A stretch of DNA of 64,000 bases. Source: Rhodothermales bacterium. GTDB lineage: Bacteria; Bacteroidota; Rhodothermia; Rhodothermales; Bin80. The position numbers and the translations under genes are program-made. The DNA lies in NCBI GenBank assembly GCA_965220365.1, contig OZ244823.1, positions 7,125 through 71,124 of the forward strand. The letters are read 5' to 3'. Positions within the stretch are counted from its first letter, which is position 1. Each line of letters starts with the position of its first letter. Shown here in pieces: positions 61,401-64,000 of the stretch. Below the pieces are notes generated by a model. The model was not told where the DNA came from, searched no databases, and saw only the letters and a list, made by a program, of their open reading frames with translations.

Positions 61401-61577
61401 CCCCTTATACTTGAACGGAGCACGCAGGCACAGTTTCTTATTCCGATGGCGGTAAGCCTTGGTGTTGGTGTGCTATTTGCCACGATCATCTTGATGATAC
61501 TGGTACCAGCACTCATGATGTTGCATCATCGCCTGAACAGCTTGCTTCGCCGCGGACATGCGGACCAATCCGCTTAG
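58416..61577 (+). CDS. RND efflux permease (AcrB/CzcA-like, 12 TM)
   Basis: 1053 aa. Typical N-terminus (RNSVAANLLMLLILFLGL...), duplicated 6-TM plus large periplasmic loop architecture, and the VVDDAIVIGENI block in TM4. No outer-membrane factor gene follows. Confidence 0.9.
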   Translation: MKKAIAYMARNSVAANLLMLLILFLGLLNVSRIPQEVFQEASLDAVEIRADYRGASPEEVEDGVVRRIEEAIDGIDDIDRISSVASENVGVVTVNLELGADVDKALNDIKSNVDRINTFPAEAERPIVRELTNRRNVLQIAIYGDADEHTLKALAEQVKDELTALDEISFVRLIGVRDYEISIEVSKDALAAYGLRLSDVATAVRRGSLELPGGSLETRSEEILVRSKGQNYTARDFEEIIVLATPAGATVRLADLATVTDGFQDDDIIARFGGQPAVLVAISRTGDERVLDIAEATEEYLAGFRTSVPEGISVDTWRNEHAYLKSRLNLLIKNGIVGFILVMLALVLSMNLHLALWTSLGLLVSFIGSFTVMALLGVSIDMTSLFAFIVAIGIVVDDAIVIGENIFREQERGVPPLRAAVEGATRLCAPVTFAVFTTIAAFSPMLFVPGSMGKLMQSIPTVAITVLVFSLIESLFILPAHLSHMKKNADPGRIMQRLEQIQSATTQALERFIHGPLDRILRLTTQRYALVLIGSVALICLSLAFVRGGLIQFIFIPEIEGEVVTARIEMPLGTPAQRTQQVAELLEAKGHETAAELQASLPEDHPPLVTNTMTLVGDQPSLGLNPMAADQHTIIQSHLGEVSFELVNAEIRKLPALEFEEAWREKVGEVPGVNSLVFQAALLSLGSSIRAELSAPTVQELEQATTRFRDELTNIVGTSNIDDDQDRGKREVQLELLPESRPLGLTFEDMALQVRNAFFGAEALRIQRGRDDVRVMVRLPEDERNTPADLQRLRIRTPAGAEIPLSEVAEARFDTGPSTIHRRDRRRVVTVTADVNEEQNTLDAVVDRLESEIVPAIQTDIPGFRVSFEGEQRQQADAVNSLTRGFVIALFVMYALLAIPFRSYVQPFIILAVIPFGFIGALIGHIVMGLNLSMLSLFGIVALSGIVINDSLVLIHFTNERRREGVPMEEAIWEGGKARFRPILLTSVTTFLGVLPLILERSTQAQFLIPMAVSLGVGVLFATIILMILVPALMMLHHRLNSLLRRGHADQSA

Positions 61578-62612
61578 CGGCCCGTGGATGAAGTCTATGT
61601 GTCCCAGGAATTACAGCGTTGGTGGGATTGCGGTTATGGGCTATCTCCAACTTCAACGACACCAATTTATGGCTTTGGCAGCCCGTTGATAATTCCCATC
61701 CGTATTACCTATTCACGATGGATTCCACCGCGACCGTACCCACTGATCGTGTTCAAAAGGACACCTTGTTTGAGAAGAAACGTTTCTACGCCCATCGTGG
61801 TCAGAACCCGTGACTGGACATCCATATTCAGGAGCCCCCTACCAACCCATGAATAAAATCTGGATTCTGGCAATTCTAGAATTGGTTTTGAAAGGCGAGG
61901 TTTGCCCACACGACTCTCCCAGAGACCTCGGTTGTCACGTTTGCTTCGGCATATGGATACGCGGTGTCTCCTCCATGTAATTGGAATTAATTCCTGACCA
62001 CTCATCACGGAGGTAGTCGTCATAAATGGTGCACGCGGCGGAACAGCTTGGCATGTAGTTTCGGGTCTCCAAACAAGAAGAATGGCAGCCACGGTCACGT
62101 ATACGATTAGAATGACGACAACGACCATGAAACTAAAATTTCTATCCATTGGATCACGTAAACATTTGAGGTATCAGATTCTGCCTCTGAATTTTCAAGC
62201 CGGTCTCATGAATAGATTCATTCTGCTTATGCAAGAGAAGGATGTGATAGATGATGTCTATATCTGACGAGATAAGCGATCTATTCCGCAACCACGGCTG
62301 TGCAAGTCGGACGGTGAAATTGGGAAGTACAGACACTACTGCAAGCAAGTTTGTTCATAGTTTCAAGCTGTCTTTAGTTGGCGAGGATTCCTTCTTAGGT
62401 ATGTATCGCACACGAGTACATATGCTAAGCGTACACAGGTATTTTACGTATTACCATGCTATACCAGGGGAACCTTTGGGGTTTCCCTAAATTCATGGCT
62501 TGTCTCACAATTTAGGCGGAAGCCCCAAGTTTAAAGCTTTTCCTCCAGGGACGGATGAGAACCGGAGAGGTTAATCGTAGGGGGAATCTTGGTGAAGCAG
62601 GATTCTCTATTT

Positions 62613-62638
62613 TTCCCTCCAAAAACTGAGGGAGGGGG
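62613..62638 (+). promoter_or_regulatory. Hairpin pairing an anti-SD (ttccctcc) with the GGAGGG Shine-Dalgarno of the methyltransferase gene
   Basis: 62613-62620 ttccctcc can pair with 62631-62638 ggaggggg (6 Watson-Crick plus 2 G-U pairs, 10-nt loop). GGAGGG sits 8 nt before ATG 62645. Confidence 0.3.
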
Positions 62639-62644
62639 CAAACC

Positions 62645-63676
62645 ATGCCATGGAAGCTATCGAAAAAACTCAAGGATGCGTACCGGGAGGGCAATGTCTC
62701 CAGTCGTGTGCAAGACCTCGAGAGTTGGATGGAGCGAGCGACGCCCGAAGCCGTTGATTCGGGCGATTACGACCACACCCAGCTGGTCAGGGACTACTAC
62801 GATCTTTACAATGAACTAATGGCATGGAGTTGGGGTGAATCCCTGCACTTCGCGCCCCTCGCGCCGCATGAGACCTTGGAGGATTCCAAAATCCGCCATC
62901 AGCGGTTGATGATCGACAAGCTGGACCTGAAGCAGGGTATGACGGTGGTTGATATTGGTTGTGGAATCGGTGGCCCGATGCGTCGTGTCGTTCGTGAGGC
63001 TGATGTTCGAGTTGTCGGGGTTAACATCAACAAAATCCAGCTGGAAAAGGCGAAAAGATTGAATGCCGAGGCTGGGCTCGATCACATGGTTGATTACTTG
63101 GCATGCAGCTTCATGGATATGAACGTTATCGAAGACAACACCTTTGACCGGGGCTACGCCATCGAGTCAACGTGCCATGCCCCGGATAAGCAAAGTGCAT
63201 TTGAAGAGATATTCCGTGTGCTAAAACCTGGCGCTCTTTTCTGGGGGCAAGAAATGTGTCTGACAGACAAGTTTGATCCGAATAACAGACGGCACCGGGA
63301 CCTTAAGCGTGACCTCCAGCGCAGCATTGCACTAAAGGGTATCGCCACGTTCGGGGAAGTAACTCAAGCGCTTGAAGCGGCGGGGTTCCACATCATCGAG
63401 GGGATGGACCGGGGCATCTCAGGGGAAGGAACCACACCATGGTATCAACCCGTGGAGGGTCGACATGGGAGGTTGGGTAAAGCCTCGCTCAGGCTTCCAT
63501 GGGCCCGCAGGGCGGTGGTCACAGGATCAAAGCTGGCCGAGATGGTTGGGTTGTTCCCAAAGGGCTCCGCAGAAGTCTTCCGATCCTTGGACCGGACCGC
63601 TGATGCCTATGTCGGGGGTGGTAAAACTGGTATCTTCACGCCGTTGTACTGTTTTTTGGCGCGCAAACCCTATTAG
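62645..63676 (+). CDS. Sterol 24-C-methyltransferase-like SAM-dependent methyltransferase (ERG6/SMT1 family)
   Basis: 343 aa. Region I WSWGESLHFAP, SAM loop VVDIGCGIGGP, region II YAIESTCHAP, region III LKPGALFWGQEMCLTDKFD and the C-terminal GGKTGIFTPLYCFLARKP (Sterol_MT_C-like), in the same order and spacing as yeast Erg6 as I recall it. Confidence 0.8.
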   Translation: MPWKLSKKLKDAYREGNVSSRVQDLESWMERATPEAVDSGDYDHTQLVRDYYDLYNELMAWSWGESLHFAPLAPHETLEDSKIRHQRLMIDKLDLKQGMTVVDIGCGIGGPMRRVVREADVRVVGVNINKIQLEKAKRLNAEAGLDHMVDYLACSFMDMNVIEDNTFDRGYAIESTCHAPDKQSAFEEIFRVLKPGALFWGQEMCLTDKFDPNNRRHRDLKRDLQRSIALKGIATFGEVTQALEAAGFHIIEGMDRGISGEGTTPWYQPVEGRHGRLGKASLRLPWARRAVVTGSKLAEMVGLFPKGSAEVFRSLDRTADAYVGGGKTGIFTPLYCFLARKPY

Positions 63677-64000
63677 ACCGATTGGCACTGTGTTTGCCGA
63701 GCACGTACCATTACGACCGAAGGTCAAGCTTGAAATGAAGGCAGAGGTAAAAACTGGGATTAGGACGACGTCCGATTTATCACCAGAAGAAAAATCGGAT
63801 TGACCCAAGCTCACAATTTTCGTCGCCAGACTAGCACTTTTTTCGGAACGTTTGGGGAAACGATGGAAGCAATCAAACATGGTCGTGTGTGTTGTTTTAC
63901 GCAAAGCTGTTTTGTATCTTCTCGTGGTGGCAGTGGCAAGTTCTGAGTTATAAACAAGAATCGTGATCTCAGGCTAATCTTTGATATACAGTGCATGGAC

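Noticed and set aside
58416-61577. RND permease as a dedicated sterol/hopanoid transporter (HpnN/BstA-like) linked to the SMT gene.
   Set aside because: Its size (1053 aa), the paired membrane-fusion adaptor and the N-terminal and TM4 motifs look like generic AcrB/CzcA-type tripartite pumps rather than the adaptor-less HpnN/MmpL-like group. Retained only as a low-weight neighbourhood hypothesis.
1-64000. Searched by eye for CRISPR arrays, tandem repeats, tRNA/tmRNA/RNase P/SRP RNA signatures, reverse transcriptases (retron, DGR, group II intron), toxin-antitoxin pairs and phage genes.
   Set aside because: I found no regularly spaced direct repeats, no tRNA-like cloverleaf termini (…GGTTCGA.TCC…CCA context) in intergenic DNA, no RT motif (YxDD) ORF and no phage structural genes. 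The only repeats found belong to the IS elements described. A covariance-model scan (tRNAscan-SE, Infernal) is still needed to exclude small RNAs.

Overview
This 64-kb chromosomal window comes from a Bacteroidota-like (Rhodothermota/Balneolota-style) bacterium. The evidence is a T9SS C-terminal sorting domain on a large secreted S8 protease, almost no Shine-Dalgarno sequences, and roughly 50% GC by eye. About 45 genes are present, and most are core functions: bacilliredoxin, greA, ltaE, rplU-rpmA, a PpiD-like chaperone, dapF, phoH, pyrD, mrdA-rodA, argS, pheA, uppS, an 8-gene translationally coupled hemA-C-D-B-chdC-hemE-H-Y cluster, and an RND efflux pair. Five mobile-DNA scars interrupt this core. 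(i) Two base-identical, same-orientation copies of an IS4/IS5-type element, copy A cut by the window start. (ii) An IS1634-like element nested inside the transposase gene of copy B. (iii) A frameshifted MmeI-family Type IIL restriction-modification gene. (iv) Directly after it, a 351-bp internally deleted ISL3 derivative with an 8-bp target duplication. (v) A 2.26-kb IS256-like element with an 8-bp duplication and two transposase-related reading frames, one intact but apparently lacking the DDE residues and one decayed. The most unusual coding content is a eukaryote-type sterol C-24 methyltransferase (ERG6/SMT-like) at 62645-63676. It stands alone in gene-poor DNA and is preceded by the only strong Shine-Dalgarno sequence I saw. 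I found no rRNA, tRNA or CRISPR array by eye. All family assignments rest on motif recognition from memory. No database search, HMM scan or folding calculation was run.
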